55,564 bases of DNA, taken from positions 1-55,564 of the IMG/VR virus record IMGVR_UViG_3300034251_000009. One strand, 5' to 3'. Both the position numbers and the translations under genes were made by a program. The first letter of the stretch is position 1. The number at the start of each line of letters is the position of its first letter. Positions 33,509 through 42,735 of this stretch are shown here, piece by piece. The DNA comes from a virus. Taxonomy: Duplodnaviria; Caudoviricetes. The notes under the pieces are model-generated. The model did no database searches. It was not told the origin of the DNA and saw nothing but the letters and a program-made list of their open reading frames with translations.

Positions 33509-35146
33509 TCAGCGAAGCACGAGAATGCTGTGATCTTGCTCGGGTTCGGGCTCCCAGGAGCCCTTGGCCATGGCGTCGAGGCGCGCCTGCCACGACAGGG
33601 CTCCGGCCATGGCCAGGTCGATCTTTCGGGGCGAGTCCGGCCGTTCCTTGGTCATCACCCAGAGGAACTTGCCCTCGTCGTCCTGCATGTTCGTGTTGCG
33701 CTTCTGCGCGGCGCCGATGTGCAGCAGGAAGTCGTCGTCACCATCGTTGGTGACCTCACCGGCCTTGATGGCCTGGGCGTAGGAGCGGCACATCAGCGCC
33801 GTGCGGCGCAGGTTGCGCGAGTCGGTGTAGAACTCGGCAACGACCTTGGGCCCGTGCCGGCCCGAATAGTCGGCCAGGCGGGCGTCCCAACCACGCGCCG
33901 GGTCGCCGTAGAAGCGGACCACGTGCCAATAGTCGAACATCTCGGCGACGGCCTGGTCGACCTCGACGACCGGGACCTCGCCATCGGGCAGGTCCTCGGG
34001 CACCCACAGGCCGAAGCGCTGCTGGAACCCGGTCTCGATCTCCGTGACGACCAGCGCGGTGGTGTCCTTCCACCGGCTGCCGTCCAGCCCAGCCGTCACC
34101 GGCGCGCCCCGCGGGATCCGGTAGCCGGGACGGCTCAGTTCGCGCCATCGTTTGGCGTCGAAAGCCTGCGCGTCGGTCTGGGTCCACCGGTTGAGCCAGA
34201 CCCGCTCGAGGTAGGACAGGTCGGCGCCGACCCGATCCCACTGCTTGGCGATACCGCGCAGGTCCGACCAGGCCGCGGCGGGGCCGGATGCCTCGCGGAC
34301 CGCTTCGATCCGGCCGGCCAAGGTGTTCAGGTCGTGTCCGTCCGACGCCTGGCGGTGGAAGTAGAAGAGCTCGGGCTCCTCGACCTTGCCCTTGGCGATC
34401 AGCTCGGCCTCGTCCTTGTCCTGCTCGGCCACCGACCCGCCGCCGGGCTCGCCGGCGGTGGTGATGCCCATCGACCAGGGGTCGTCGAGCGGGCGCTTCG
34501 GGAGGTTGGCCTCCATCGTCTCGTAGGCGGCCAGGTGCCGGGCCATGTTGAGCCGGTGGGTCTCGTCGTAACCCTGGAACGTCGTCCGGGCGCCGTCACG
34601 GGCATTCGGCGACTGCGCCAGCGGCACCGCCTTACCGTCGGCGCGGCCGCGCTCGTCCAGCCGGATGATGCGCTCCAGGCCGGAGTCGAACAGGTCGGCG
34701 TCCGGACCGTCGGTGCAGACCACGTACAGGACGTTGTAGGCCAGCTCCTCGACCTGGTCAGCGGTGTAGGCCAGCAACGGGATGTACGGGTCGCGGACCG
34801 GTCGGCCGACCGGGTTGCCATAGGCGTCCCAGCCGTCGAAGCGGACCTCAGCCTCCGGGTGCAGCTCGGCGTAGGCGATCCAGCCGAGCAGCTCCGTCTT
34901 CGCGGTGCCCTTGCGCCAGGAGATCCGCACCCGGCGGAACCGGCGGCGGCCGGCCTGCTCGTGTCCGCGGGGGTAGACCTCGTACGCCTTGTAGATCACG
35001 GCGCGTTTCTCGTCGTCCAGCCTGGCCGGCTGGCCCTTCAGCGAGCCGGGACCGAAGACCGCGCGTTCCTCGATGAGCTGGCAGACCTGCCGGCCGAGCG
35101 TCGGCCACGGCGCCTCGTCCAGCGGCGGGGTGACGAACGTACTCAC
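33509..35146 (-). CDS. terL: Terminase large subunit
   Basis: RKGTAKTE Walker A, GYDETH Walker B, TTAG coupling motif, GLDGS..D nuclease, KIDLAMA. Confidence 0.93.
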   Translation of the reverse strand: MSTFVTPPLDEAPWPTLGRQVCQLIEERAVFGPGSLKGQPARLDDEKRAVIYKAYEVYPRGHEQAGRRRFRRVRISWRKGTAKTELLGWIAYAELHPEAEVRFDGWDAYGNPVGRPVRDPYIPLLAYTADQVEELAYNVLYVVCTDGPDADLFDSGLERIIRLDERGRADGKAVPLAQSPNARDGARTTFQGYDETHRLNMARHLAAYETMEANLPKRPLDDPWSMGITTAGEPGGGSVAEQDKDEAELIAKGKVEEPELFYFHRQASDGHDLNTLAGRIEAVREASGPAAAWSDLRGIAKQWDRVGADLSYLERVWLNRWTQTDAQAFDAKRWRELSRPGYRIPRGAPVTAGLDGSRWKDTTALVVTEIETGFQQRFGLWVPEDLPDGEVPVVEVDQAVAEMFDYWHVVRFYGDPARGWDARLADYSGRHGPKVVAEFYTDSRNLRRTALMCRSYAQAIKAGEVTNDGDDDFLLHIGAAQKRNTNMQDDEGKFLWVMTKERPDSPRKIDLAMAGALSWQARLDAMAKGSWEPEPEQDHSILVLR

Positions 35147-35598
35147 ACCGCACGCAGCGCGGAACGCGGATCCGTCGCGCCGGCGACCGGAGCCACCGGC
35201 GGGGTCGTGCCGCGGCGACGCTGCCCGCGGTCCTGTGCGTCCTCGCTGCGCTCGATCTCCCACTGCAATCTACGGCGATCGATGGGGGTCAAGCCGAAGC
35301 ACTGCCGCTGCTGGCGGATCTCGGCAGCGATCGCCGTCCGCAGCTTCGCCTCACCGCAGTGCCAAAAGTCGTCGACCAGGACGGCCAGGGAGAACAGGCC
35401 GTGCCGGTCGGAGTCGTCGTACTCGGGCGCCATCGGCGAGGTCCAGATGTCGCGCCACCAGGCCCGGGTCTGCTCGTGCCAGAGCCGCGTCGGAAGCGGC
35501 GGGGCCTCGAGGGTGGGGTCGGCCGAGAGGGTCGACGCGGTGCTGGCCCGGTTCCGGCGAGCGCGGGCCGACGGGTGCTTGGGAGCAGGTCCTGGCAT
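35143..35598 (-). CDS. terS: Terminase small subunit
   Basis: MPGPAPK..RRN; W..IW.SPMA; AEIR..FGLTP.DRRRL. Confidence 0.88.
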   Translation of the reverse strand: MPGPAPKHPSARARRNRASTASTLSADPTLEAPPLPTRLWHEQTRAWWRDIWTSPMAPEYDDSDRHGLFSLAVLVDDFWHCGEAKLRTAIAAEIRQQRQCFGLTPIDRRRLQWEIERSEDAQDRGQRRRGTTPPVAPVAGATDPRSALRAV

Positions 35599-35625
35599 CG
35601 GGTCACCGCCTCCACAGAAAGTCAC

Positions 35626-35715
35626 AGAGAGTTAGGGAATCTCGTACGCCGGAAAGTCGCCCTCCCCAGCGGTCCCGGTGACCAGGTCTTCTTTGGGGTA
35701 ATCCCCCACCCCTTG
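35626..35715 (-). other. Candidate cos/packaging region
   Basis: Non-coding gap upstream of terS with GGGGTGGGGG..ACCCC..GACCGCTGGGGAGGG; usual place for cos in HNH-terS-terL phages. Confidence 0.4.
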
Positions 35716-35976
35716 TCACTCCGCGTTACGAATGGCGGTGGTGACCTGCTCGGCTCGATGGATGTCGAGTGCGTGCTGAAGCAGGCCAACTGAATCCCAT
35801 GCCATAACGCCATCGCTGGCCATGGTCCAGATGCCTCGATCACCTTCGGGTCCAAGGGTCTCGACGATGGCGACCCACTTGGTGACCATGCCGCCTTCAT
35901 GTTTGGCAACCGTGGTGCCGATCGCATCGCCGAGCTCAAGCTCGATGGCTCGGCCGACCTCATGCGGCTCTGCCAC
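35716..35976 (-). CDS. Hypothetical protein
   Basis: GTG after GGGGAG; VTKWV..ET..W..GLL. Confidence 0.7.
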   Translation of the reverse strand: MAEPHEVGRAIELELGDAIGTTVAKHEGGMVTKWVAIVETLGPEGDRGIWTMASDGVMAWDSVGLLQHALDIHRAEQVTTAIRNAE

Positions 35977-35978
35977 TG

Positions 35979-36323
35979 TCAGCTCCCCATGTGTGCTGCC
36001 TTGCCACCTGCACTGAGGTTGCACAGTGCATGAGCTGGGCCGCGATATCCGGTCCGGTCGTCATCGTGGTCAAGGTGCCACTCCTGCCCAGCCAGGATCA
36101 AGCGGGCCGGCATCAGGCAGACCGTGGCGTGGCAGTGCACACCACCGCGCTCGACCATCGGCGCCCACCGCGCGCGCAGCCTGTCGTGCTCGGTGTTGTA
36201 ACCGCGCTGCTGCCTGGTCCCTCGTGCCCTGTCCACCTCGCGCGCATGGGTCCGGCATCGGCCGCTGGGCACCAGCTCCGGACAACCCGGCTGTGTGCAC
36301 ACCCGCAGTGCGCGCCTGGTCAT
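35979..36323 (-). CDS. Terminase-associated HNH endonuclease
   Basis: C..PGC..C..H..RGY..WHLDH..H..CN; upstream of terS. Confidence 0.8.
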   Translation of the reverse strand: MTRRALRVCTQPGCPELVPSGRCRTHAREVDRARGTRQQRGYNTEHDRLRARWAPMVERGGVHCHATVCLMPARLILAGQEWHLDHDDDRTGYRGPAHALCNLSAGGKAAHMGS

Positions 36324-36460
36324 CAGTGGAAGCGGACCCAGACGGTGAACAGCCAGAGGCCGAGGGCGAGCACCACACCGATAGCCCCGCCGATGGCCGC
36401 GTCGGCCAGACGCTCGCCGATGCTGAACCGTGGCGGGTGGCGGTACGTCTTGCCGGCCAT
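36323..36460 (-). CDS. Small single-TM protein (45 aa)
   Basis: TGATG coupling to the HNH gene; hydrophobic C-half. Confidence 0.55.
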   Translation of the reverse strand: MAGKTYRHPPRFSIGERLADAAIGGAIGVVLALGLWLFTVWVRFH

Positions 36461-36481
36461 GCCCCACCCCCGGACAGCAGA

Positions 36482-36569
36482 ACGCCCACCTCAGCGTGGC
36501 TGGGTGGGCGAGTGCGAAGACAGTGGTGTTCCCTGCCCGCGATCGTAGGTGATCGCCTACGAATGTCAA
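36482..36569 (-). promoter_or_regulatory. Late promoter candidate with internal palindrome and downstream hairpin
   Basis: TTGACA-16 nt-TACGAT; TCGTAGG/CCTACGA inverted repeat; hairpin CGCCCACC..GGTGGGCG at 36483-36510. Confidence 0.65.
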
Positions 36570-36570
36570 G

Positions 36571-36783
36571 TCAGTGCAGGTCAGGTGGTAGGTCGCCACG
36601 TGCTGCTGCTCGTCGTGCTCTGAGGTCGAAGCCGTAGAAGAACGGACGGTCGCTGAAGACCAGCAGGGTTCCGCACCGGGTGCAGTTGCGCTGCCACCGC
36701 ACGAAGCCGAGTCTGCTGCTCTTGGGCCACGGCGTGTTGATGCCCCAGCGGTGCATGTGCCACCAGCAGTGACGCCGCTTCAC
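36571..36783 (-). CDS. Small Cys/His-rich hypothetical protein
   Basis: CWWHMHRW..CTRCG. Confidence 0.55.
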   Translation of the reverse strand: MKRRHCWWHMHRWGINTPWPKSSRLGFVRWQRNCTRCGTLLVFSDRPFFYGFDLRARRAAARGDLPPDLH

Positions 36784-36787
36784 GCGC

Positions 36788-37414
36788 TCATCCTCTCACT
36801 CGGTCGCCGCTGGTCGCGGCCTGAATGTAGCCCGCCAAGATCCCGATGGTGCCGTCGTCCTCGGACCAGGTAGTGCCGCAGGCCTGGCACATGGCGGTCT
36901 TCGCGGTCAGGTTGATCCGCAGTGTGTTGGTACGGCCGCAGTCGACGACCGGGCACGGGACACGTGCTGGCCGGTAGAGCGATTCCCAGCCAGTGAGGAC
37001 GGCGCACCAGCGGCGCCACTGCCGCATCTCCGACAGCAGCACCCGGGCATCGGCGTCGTCGAAGGACTGGGCGCGGGCGGCGAGTCGGCGGACGTTCGAC
37101 TCGACGGACACCTGAGTGCGCAGGTTCAGGCTGGTGCACCAGCGCAGCACGGCCATGGCGATCTCGTCGTGCCGGGACAGCGCCTCGACGGCCAGGGGTG
37201 GCCGGCTGCCGGGGACCCCGCCGGCGTGCGGCTCAAAGCTGGAGCTGGCGGGCATGACGGACTGGTAGAGCTGAGCGATCAGGCCCGGCTGGACGGTGAT
37301 GTGCCGCCGGAACTTGCGGTTGCGGTTGTTGTCCCAAAACGGCACGGGCTCCGAGTGCATGTGAGGCTCGGTCAATTCGTCGGCAAGGTCGCGGATGGTG
37401 TCGTGCAGGCTCAC
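36788..37414 (-). CDS. Zinc-ribbon protein, candidate late-gene regulator
   Basis: PGLI.QL..PGSRPP..; C-terminal CPVVDC..CQACG.TW; near the end of the early operon, before the late promoter. Confidence 0.65.
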   Translation of the reverse strand: MSLHDTIRDLADELTEPHMHSEPVPFWDNNRNRKFRRHITVQPGLIAQLYQSVMPASSSFEPHAGGVPGSRPPLAVEALSRHDEIAMAVLRWCTSLNLRTQVSVESNVRRLAARAQSFDDADARVLLSEMRQWRRWCAVLTGWESLYRPARVPCPVVDCGRTNTLRINLTAKTAMCQACGTTWSEDDGTIGILAGYIQAATSGDRVRG

Positions 37415-37659
37415 AGTGGATCTCCATCCGTGCGGGCGAAGTCGTGGGTCTCGGGCGGGAAGGTCTGGCAGCGCACCCCGGCGTTGTTGCCGGCGACCTG
37501 AACCGAGGTGTGGCCACTGGCGGGGTCGCGGTGGACGGTGACCCGGTGCAGGTAGGCGTACATCAGCGGGTCGTTGACGGGCGTGATGTGGATGTAGACG
37601 CCGCCGACCTCCATCCACAGGTCCGGTGGCATCGTGACGACCACGGCCATGTCACTCAC
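37411..37659 (-). CDS. Hypothetical protein
   Basis: GTGA coupling on both sides. Confidence 0.65.
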   Translation of the reverse strand: MSDMAVVVTMPPDLWMEVGGVYIHITPVNDPLMYAYLHRVTVHRDPASGHTSVQVAGNNAGVRCQTFPPETHDFARTDGDPL

Positions 37660-37862
37660 CGACCTGGGCCTTGGCCGTGTGCGGTGTACTCCTGGAGCAC
37701 CTGCATCAGCTCCGACAGCGGGAACGGGTACTCCCCGCCTTCGCCGACGCGCAGCACGACGGTGTCCTGGTGCGGGAAGGTCTCGATCTCCAGCGCAACG
37801 GTGCAGCCAGGATTCCTGCAGGCGCAGCTGAGCCGACGGCTGCCGGAGCGGTCGGCACTCAT
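37656..37862 (-). CDS. Hypothetical protein
   Basis: ATGA coupling. Confidence 0.6.
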   Translation of the reverse strand: MSADRSGSRRLSCACRNPGCTVALEIETFPHQDTVVLRVGEGGEYPFPLSELMQVLQEYTAHGQGPGR

Positions 37863-38161
37863 TCGCCCGGGTCCGGGGCGCGGCGGGCGGCGTGCTCGGC
37901 GAACGGTGGCGGCAGGGTCAGCACCGGCCGCGGCGGCACGACCGGGCCGCGCCGGGGCGGGTCGCCGAGCTCCACCAGGTGCGACCGCGGTCCCGGGTTG
38001 GTCAGCAGCTCCTGGAGCCGGTCGGCCACCTCGGCGGCGGTCAGCTCCGTCGGGCGGATGCCCTCGATGAACTCCAGCAGTCGCTCGACGAGATCACCGT
38101 TGTTGCCCCACCACAGGACGCCGATGTCGTCGGTGGGGAGCTGTCCGCGGCGCAGCGGCAT
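37859..38161 (-). CDS. Hypothetical protein
   Basis: TGATG coupling. Confidence 0.65.
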   Translation of the reverse strand: MPLRRGQLPTDDIGVLWWGNNGDLVERLLEFIEGIRPTELTAAEVADRLQELLTNPGPRSHLVELGDPPRRGPVVPPRPVLTLPPPFAEHAARRAPDPGE

Positions 38162-38619
38162 CAGACGCCTCCCGTCGCGGCCCACGCCTCGCGGCTCGGA
38201 GGCCCCTGAAACGCCTCCGGAGCGTCTGGGCCCTCCGGGACTACCTCAAGGCCGGTCTCGGCGCTCCCAGGGGCGCTGAGCGGGTTTCCGTAGCCTGCCT
38301 GGCGCAGCAACGACCGCAGTTGGCCGAAGGTGACGAACGCCGGCCACTCGTCGATGTTGGACGGGCCACCGCCGGTCGGGCGCATCACCACCGCCGGGAT
38401 GTCGCCGGCGGCGTTGGTGACGGCCTGGCGCAGATTCGCCATCGGCTCGAACTTCGCCCGCGCCTTCACCTCGACGGCCACCCCGGGCACGCCCTTGATG
38501 TCACGGCCGGGTGAGCCGGCCCCGGTTGCCTCGGCGAACGGCCACCCGTCGGCGGCGAAAGCCCTGGCGACGAGGTGCTCGGTCTCGCGGCCGCGCTCCT
38601 TGCGGTAGTTGCGGGCCAT
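38161..38619 (-). CDS. Holliday junction resolvase-like PD-(D/E)xK nuclease
   Basis: RG.ETE..VA..G.D..GV.VEVKA. Confidence 0.75.
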   Translation of the reverse strand: MARNYRKERGRETEHLVARAFAADGWPFAEATGAGSPGRDIKGVPGVAVEVKARAKFEPMANLRQAVTNAAGDIPAVVMRPTGGGPSNIDEWPAFVTFGQLRSLLRQAGYGNPLSAPGSAETGLEVVPEGPDAPEAFQGPPSREAWAATGGV

Positions 38620-38978
38620 CAGGCGGCGTCCAACTGGCGCAACGCCTCGGCCAGCTTCGCCGCACTGGCTTCCTCCGCGGCCGGCGTCGACTCCAGCAGT
38701 GCCCGGGCGGCGTCGATGGCGGCGTGCAGCTTGTCGAGGTAGACGGGCCAGATCTCCATGGCGAGGCTGGCTGCCTTCAGGTGCAACTGGGCGGATTTGT
38801 GCAGCCGGGCTGCCTCGGCCAGGTTGTAGCCGTTGCTGTCGGCGTCGGCGAGCGCCCCGCACGCGGCGGCGTAGTGCTCGGCGGCGGACGGCAGCGTCGG
38901 GCGGGCGAGCGGTTCCGGGTCGTAGGTGTCGAAGTGCGCGCCGACGGGTGACGGCTCTGCGGTGGCGGTCATGGTCAT
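38619..38978 (-). CDS. Hypothetical helical protein
   Basis: RBS AGGGAG; TGATG coupling. Confidence 0.65.
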   Translation of the reverse strand: MTMTATAEPSPVGAHFDTYDPEPLARPTLPSAAEHYAAACGALADADSNGYNLAEAARLHKSAQLHLKAASLAMEIWPVYLDKLHAAIDAARALLESTPAAEEASAAKLAEALRQLDAA

Positions 38979-39040
38979 CTCCCTGAGGTGGACGAAGTGG
39001 CGGGTTGCGACGGCGGCGAAGTGCTCCGGTCCGGGTGGTT

Positions 39041-39862
39041 TCACGGCGAACAGTTGCCTTGCGGAGCGCCCCATCGGCGGTTGAGCAGGCAGCGCTTGTA
39101 GTACGCCAGGTCGACGGGCTTGGCCGATCGCGGCGACACCTCGTGTCCGGTCCACATCCAGGTGTTGCACGGGTCGCACAACGGGGCACGGACGAAGCCG
39201 TGAACGTGGCAGTGGTCCCAGACCTCTGCACGGTTGGTCAGGCAGGACAGGCAGTCGAACTCGGCAGCGCGAGGCCAGTTGCCCAGCCGTCGCTCCTTGA
39301 AGCTGGTCGTGTACTGCGCCCCGTCCAGCTCACCGGTGTACGGGCGGGTCGGCGCGGTGATCACGACGGGGGTGAGCCGCCGGTACATCCGCTGATGCCC
39401 CAGCTCCGTCACGCCGGGAAGCAGGCCGGTCATGGTCACGGCGAACCAGCCGGCCGCGCCTCCGTGGTTCTCCCCCAGGCACCCGCACACGCAGTCGAAG
39501 CCCTCGGCGTTCATGCACCGCGGGTCACACTCGCGCAGTTCCTCCGCGATGTCCTGGTACAGGCCGACCACGCCGAACTCATCGAGGCTGGCCGCGACGA
39601 CCTTGTTGAGCGCCGACGGTGGCAGCTTCCACCGCCCGTCCTGGATCAGCTTCTGCGGAGATCTGACTCGGCAGGTCTTGCGCAGCCACTGCTCCTGTTC
39701 CTCGGCCGGTGGGAAGAGCGACTCCAGCTTCTGGCGGGCGTCACCCGGGTTCGTGGGCCGAGCTGAGAGCCACAGGAGGGCGCCGCCGGCCCCCAGAACC
39801 TCGGCCGAGAGCGGGCGCTCCGCCTCCTGTCGTTCCCTCAGCCGTTCGGGGTCTGTAGTCAC
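39041..39862 (-). CDS. Protein with Cys-cluster domain and C-terminal endonuclease VII-like motif
   Basis: CDPRCMNA.G.DC.CGC.G.NHG and CLSC..WDHCH.HGFVR..LC..CN; RBS AAAGGAG. Confidence 0.7.
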   Translation of the reverse strand: MTTDPERLRERQEAERPLSAEVLGAGGALLWLSARPTNPGDARQKLESLFPPAEEQEQWLRKTCRVRSPQKLIQDGRWKLPPSALNKVVAASLDEFGVVGLYQDIAEELRECDPRCMNAEGFDCVCGCLGENHGGAAGWFAVTMTGLLPGVTELGHQRMYRRLTPVVITAPTRPYTGELDGAQYTTSFKERRLGNWPRAAEFDCLSCLTNRAEVWDHCHVHGFVRAPLCDPCNTWMWTGHEVSPRSAKPVDLAYYKRCLLNRRWGAPQGNCSP

Positions 39863-39899
39863 GGTGCCGATCTCCTTTCTCCGCAGCGTCGTTTGGGCG

Positions 39900-40045
39900 A
39901 TTTCTTGATCTTGTGGTTTTGGTTCCGCTGGAACCAGTTGCAACCAAAACCCCTACGGGGTTGGTTTTGGTTGCAACCCGCACTGGCGAGTAACAATTGG
40001 TTCCGTATGGTTTTTCCGGTTTTGATTGAGCAGTCAAGGAGTCCG
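39900..40045. other. Candidate replication origin
   Basis: AT-rich gap after primase-helicase; perfect 15-bp inverted repeat 39937-39951/39963-39977; several TGGTT/GGTTTT repeats. Confidence 0.6.
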
Positions 40046-40047
40046 GT

Positions 40048-42735
40048 TTAAGTAGGTTCAAGAGCCGTCTCGACGACGAAGTACATGTGGTTGTGTGCTG
40101 ACCCCCGGTTCTCGATCCGGCGGTCGTCGATCGCCTGCTTCTTGGCCTTCTGGAACTCGCTGGTGTTGCCGGCGAACGCCTCCTGGAGCGCGTTGGCGCC
40201 CACACCCGGGGTGTTGCTGACCAGCTTCACGACCTTGTCGGCGTTCGCCTGGATCCGTCGGGCGACCTTCTCCTTCTTGCTCACCCGCGCGGACATCGGC
40301 ATCCCGCCGACGTTCGGGATGGTCAGCCTGCGGGTTTCCGGGTCGAACTCGACCACGCTCTTGGTCAGGTCCACCTCACGACCGACCGCCGAGAGGTAGC
40401 GCGGAGCGCCCGGCTTCCGGACCGGTCCGAGCATCTCGTCGGCCTCGTCCTGCTCGTCGTCCTCCGACGGGTCGTCCATCGTGTAGGTCCACAAGGCGTC
40501 CGGCGCGTCCATGAACTTGCTGGAGCCGCGCCCGCGTTCGCCGGAGTGGCCGAAGTGGTGCACGAGCATGACCTCGGTGACGCCGGTGCGCTCCTTGATG
40601 TCAGCCAGCGCGTTGAACCACTTCGCCACGTCGGTCGAGCTGTTCTCCTCCACCCCGGAGCTGCTCAGCAGCGGGTTGAGAGGGTCCAGGATGAGTACCT
40701 TGATCTCGTTCTCGACGATTAGCTCGACGAGCAGGTCGCGGCGCGTGGGGTCGAGGATGTCGCCGTACGACGGGCCTGCGTCACGCACGTGGAAGGCCAG
40801 CACGCGGTCCCGGTTCTCGATGCCCGCGTCGAAGAGCCAGCGGTTGAACTGTCGACGGGTCATCTCCGCGTTGACGATGAGGATCTTGCCCTCGGTCACC
40901 GGCTCGACGTCGAACTGGCCGAGGAACTTGCCGCCATCGGCCAGGCAGCGGACCACGTTGGTGACCATCGTGGTCTTGCCGGCCTTCCACTTCGCGGAAA
41001 GCATGATCGTCTGGTCCTGCATCCACAGGCCCTGGATGCGCCAGAGATCCTCCTCGTCGTCTTCCTCGACGTCGGAGAGCAGGTCGATGCTCAGCCGCAG
41101 CTTGGTGCGGGTCTCCTCGACGGTCCCCCGGCCCTTCAGCCGGCGGTACTCCTCGCGCGCCCACTCCCGCTCCGCCTCCTCACGGATGCGGTGGGTGAGT
41201 GCCGGCGGTAGACCGGACGCAGCCGCCGCCAGGGCGATCTGACGCAGCTCCTCGGGGTAGTCCTCCCGCAGCTTCGGGGGCGCCACCGGCTGCGTGTCCT
41301 CGGCGACCTGGTCCACCGGGTAGTCAGCGAACTTCTCGTCGGCGCCCTGGTCGTCGAACAGAACTGGCTCATCGAAACCAGCAGAACTCACCGCATTGTG
41401 GACAGCCTGGTCGCGATCGGCTGCGCGCGCCTGCCGCTCCCGCTCTGCTCGGTCGGCTGCGTCCAGGTCCGGGGCCAGGCTGTGCTGCGCGGCTTTCTCC
41501 GGAGTGGCCGATTCCTCGCCACCGGCCATCGTCCACAGGTCGCCATGCGGGTCGTCGACCAGCCGCCGCAGCCCGAGCGCCCGCATGGCGTCGCCCTGAT
41601 CACCGCCGTGGTCCCGCTCGGCCACGTACTGGAGCTTGGTGATCGCCCGGGTACCTCGCGCGGTGATGTACGCCTGAAGCCAATCCGGGGCGTTGTCGGT
41701 CCACACGTACAGCGGACCGTGGCCGCGGCTGGTGTCGTAGCCCTGGGTGCAGCCGGGCTGATGGGCGGTGGCCGACTTCGCGTTGGAGTGGTCACCGCCG
41801 GGACGGGTGAACTCCGGGCAGGTGCAGGCGTCGAGTTGGCCGGGGTTGCCCCAGTCGTCGCGCTCCAGGATCTCCGCCCACGGGGTCGTCGCGGCCCAGT
41901 GGTCGATCGGGTCGTTCTCGAAGACAGTGCGCGCCTTCTCGGCCTTCTCCGCACGGTGTGCCGCCACCCGGGAGCCCTCGCCGGTGATGAACTCCAGCAG
42001 CCAGTCCGGGATCATCTCCAGCTGCCCGACGAGCCGGTACGGACCCTCGGCCCGCACCGACGGCGGCACGAGCACGTGGAAGCCGGTGCCGAACATGGCG
42101 ACCCAGCCGCCCTCGCCGGCCAGCTTCTGCATGGGCAGCCCGGACAGGTCGACGCCCTCCGGGAGCAGGAACCAGTGGTGCCCGCCGTTCTTGTGAACCC
42201 ACTCGCCCGAGTCGTTGACCTTGCCGGGCGAGAGCACGGTCGGTCCCTTGTCGCCGGCCACGTCGTAACCCGCGGCCGCTGACCAGGCTGCGTAGAACGC
42301 TTCCCTCTCCGCCGTGGTGTCGAAGTCGACGGCGACCAGGCGGTGCTTGCCCTGCACCAGCGAGGCCCCCGGCACGACGCCGAAGTTGATCCGGCCGTGC
42401 CGCTTCACGAGGCGGGCGGTGACGGTGCGGGACCTGGCCGCGCCCTCCTTCGAGAAGTCGGTGAAGGCGTGACGGGCTGCGCACTTGTGGCGCCGCTTGT
42501 CCCAGCCGGGGTCGCCGGCGGCCAGCGCCGCGTCTCGGACAACCCGGTCGACCGCCTTGGTCTCGGCCGCGGTGAGCGTGCAGAGCGCCTTCTTGTGCTC
42601 GTTCGGGTCGACCAGCGTGAGCGCGAAGCCCGCCTCGACCGCGGCCTTGGTGATCGCGCCGGGTACGTCGACCTCGCCCGCGACGACCGCGCCGAAGACG
42701 GCGCCGAAGTAGTCGTTGGAGATGATCGCAATCAC
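40048..42735 (-). CDS. Bifunctional primase-polymerase / RepA-like AAA helicase
   Basis: LVAVDFD..TVLSPG..GGHHWF..VLVPPS prim-pol; AKWKAGKTT Walker A, LILDP Walker B, VHH..RGSS..D. Confidence 0.88.
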   Translation of the reverse strand: MIAIISNDYFGAVFGAVVAGEVDVPGAITKAAVEAGFALTLVDPNEHKKALCTLTAAETKAVDRVVRDAALAAGDPGWDKRRHKCAARHAFTDFSKEGAARSRTVTARLVKRHGRINFGVVPGASLVQGKHRLVAVDFDTTAEREAFYAAWSAAAGYDVAGDKGPTVLSPGKVNDSGEWVHKNGGHHWFLLPEGVDLSGLPMQKLAGEGGWVAMFGTGFHVLVPPSVRAEGPYRLVGQLEMIPDWLLEFITGEGSRVAAHRAEKAEKARTVFENDPIDHWAATTPWAEILERDDWGNPGQLDACTCPEFTRPGGDHSNAKSATAHQPGCTQGYDTSRGHGPLYVWTDNAPDWLQAYITARGTRAITKLQYVAERDHGGDQGDAMRALGLRRLVDDPHGDLWTMAGGEESATPEKAAQHSLAPDLDAADRAERERQARAADRDQAVHNAVSSAGFDEPVLFDDQGADEKFADYPVDQVAEDTQPVAPPKLREDYPEELRQIALAAAASGLPPALTHRIREEAEREWAREEYRRLKGRGTVEETRTKLRLSIDLLSDVEEDDEEDLWRIQGLWMQDQTIMLSAKWKAGKTTMVTNVVRCLADGGKFLGQFDVEPVTEGKILIVNAEMTRRQFNRWLFDAGIENRDRVLAFHVRDAGPSYGDILDPTRRDLLVELIVENEIKVLILDPLNPLLSSSGVEENSSTDVAKWFNALADIKERTGVTEVMLVHHFGHSGERGRGSSKFMDAPDALWTYTMDDPSEDDEQDEADEMLGPVRKPGAPRYLSAVGREVDLTKSVVEFDPETRRLTIPNVGGMPMSARVSKKEKVARRIQANADKVVKLVSNTPGVGANALQEAFAGNTSEFQKAKKQAIDDRRIENRGSAHNHMYFVVETALEPT

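Noticed and set aside
15006-35635. Long plus-strand ORFs opposite structural genes (e.g. 15006..16691, 28450..29763, 33428..35635)
   Set aside because: Shadow ORFs expected in high-GC DNA; no motifs or RBS, and the minus-strand genes are clearly real.
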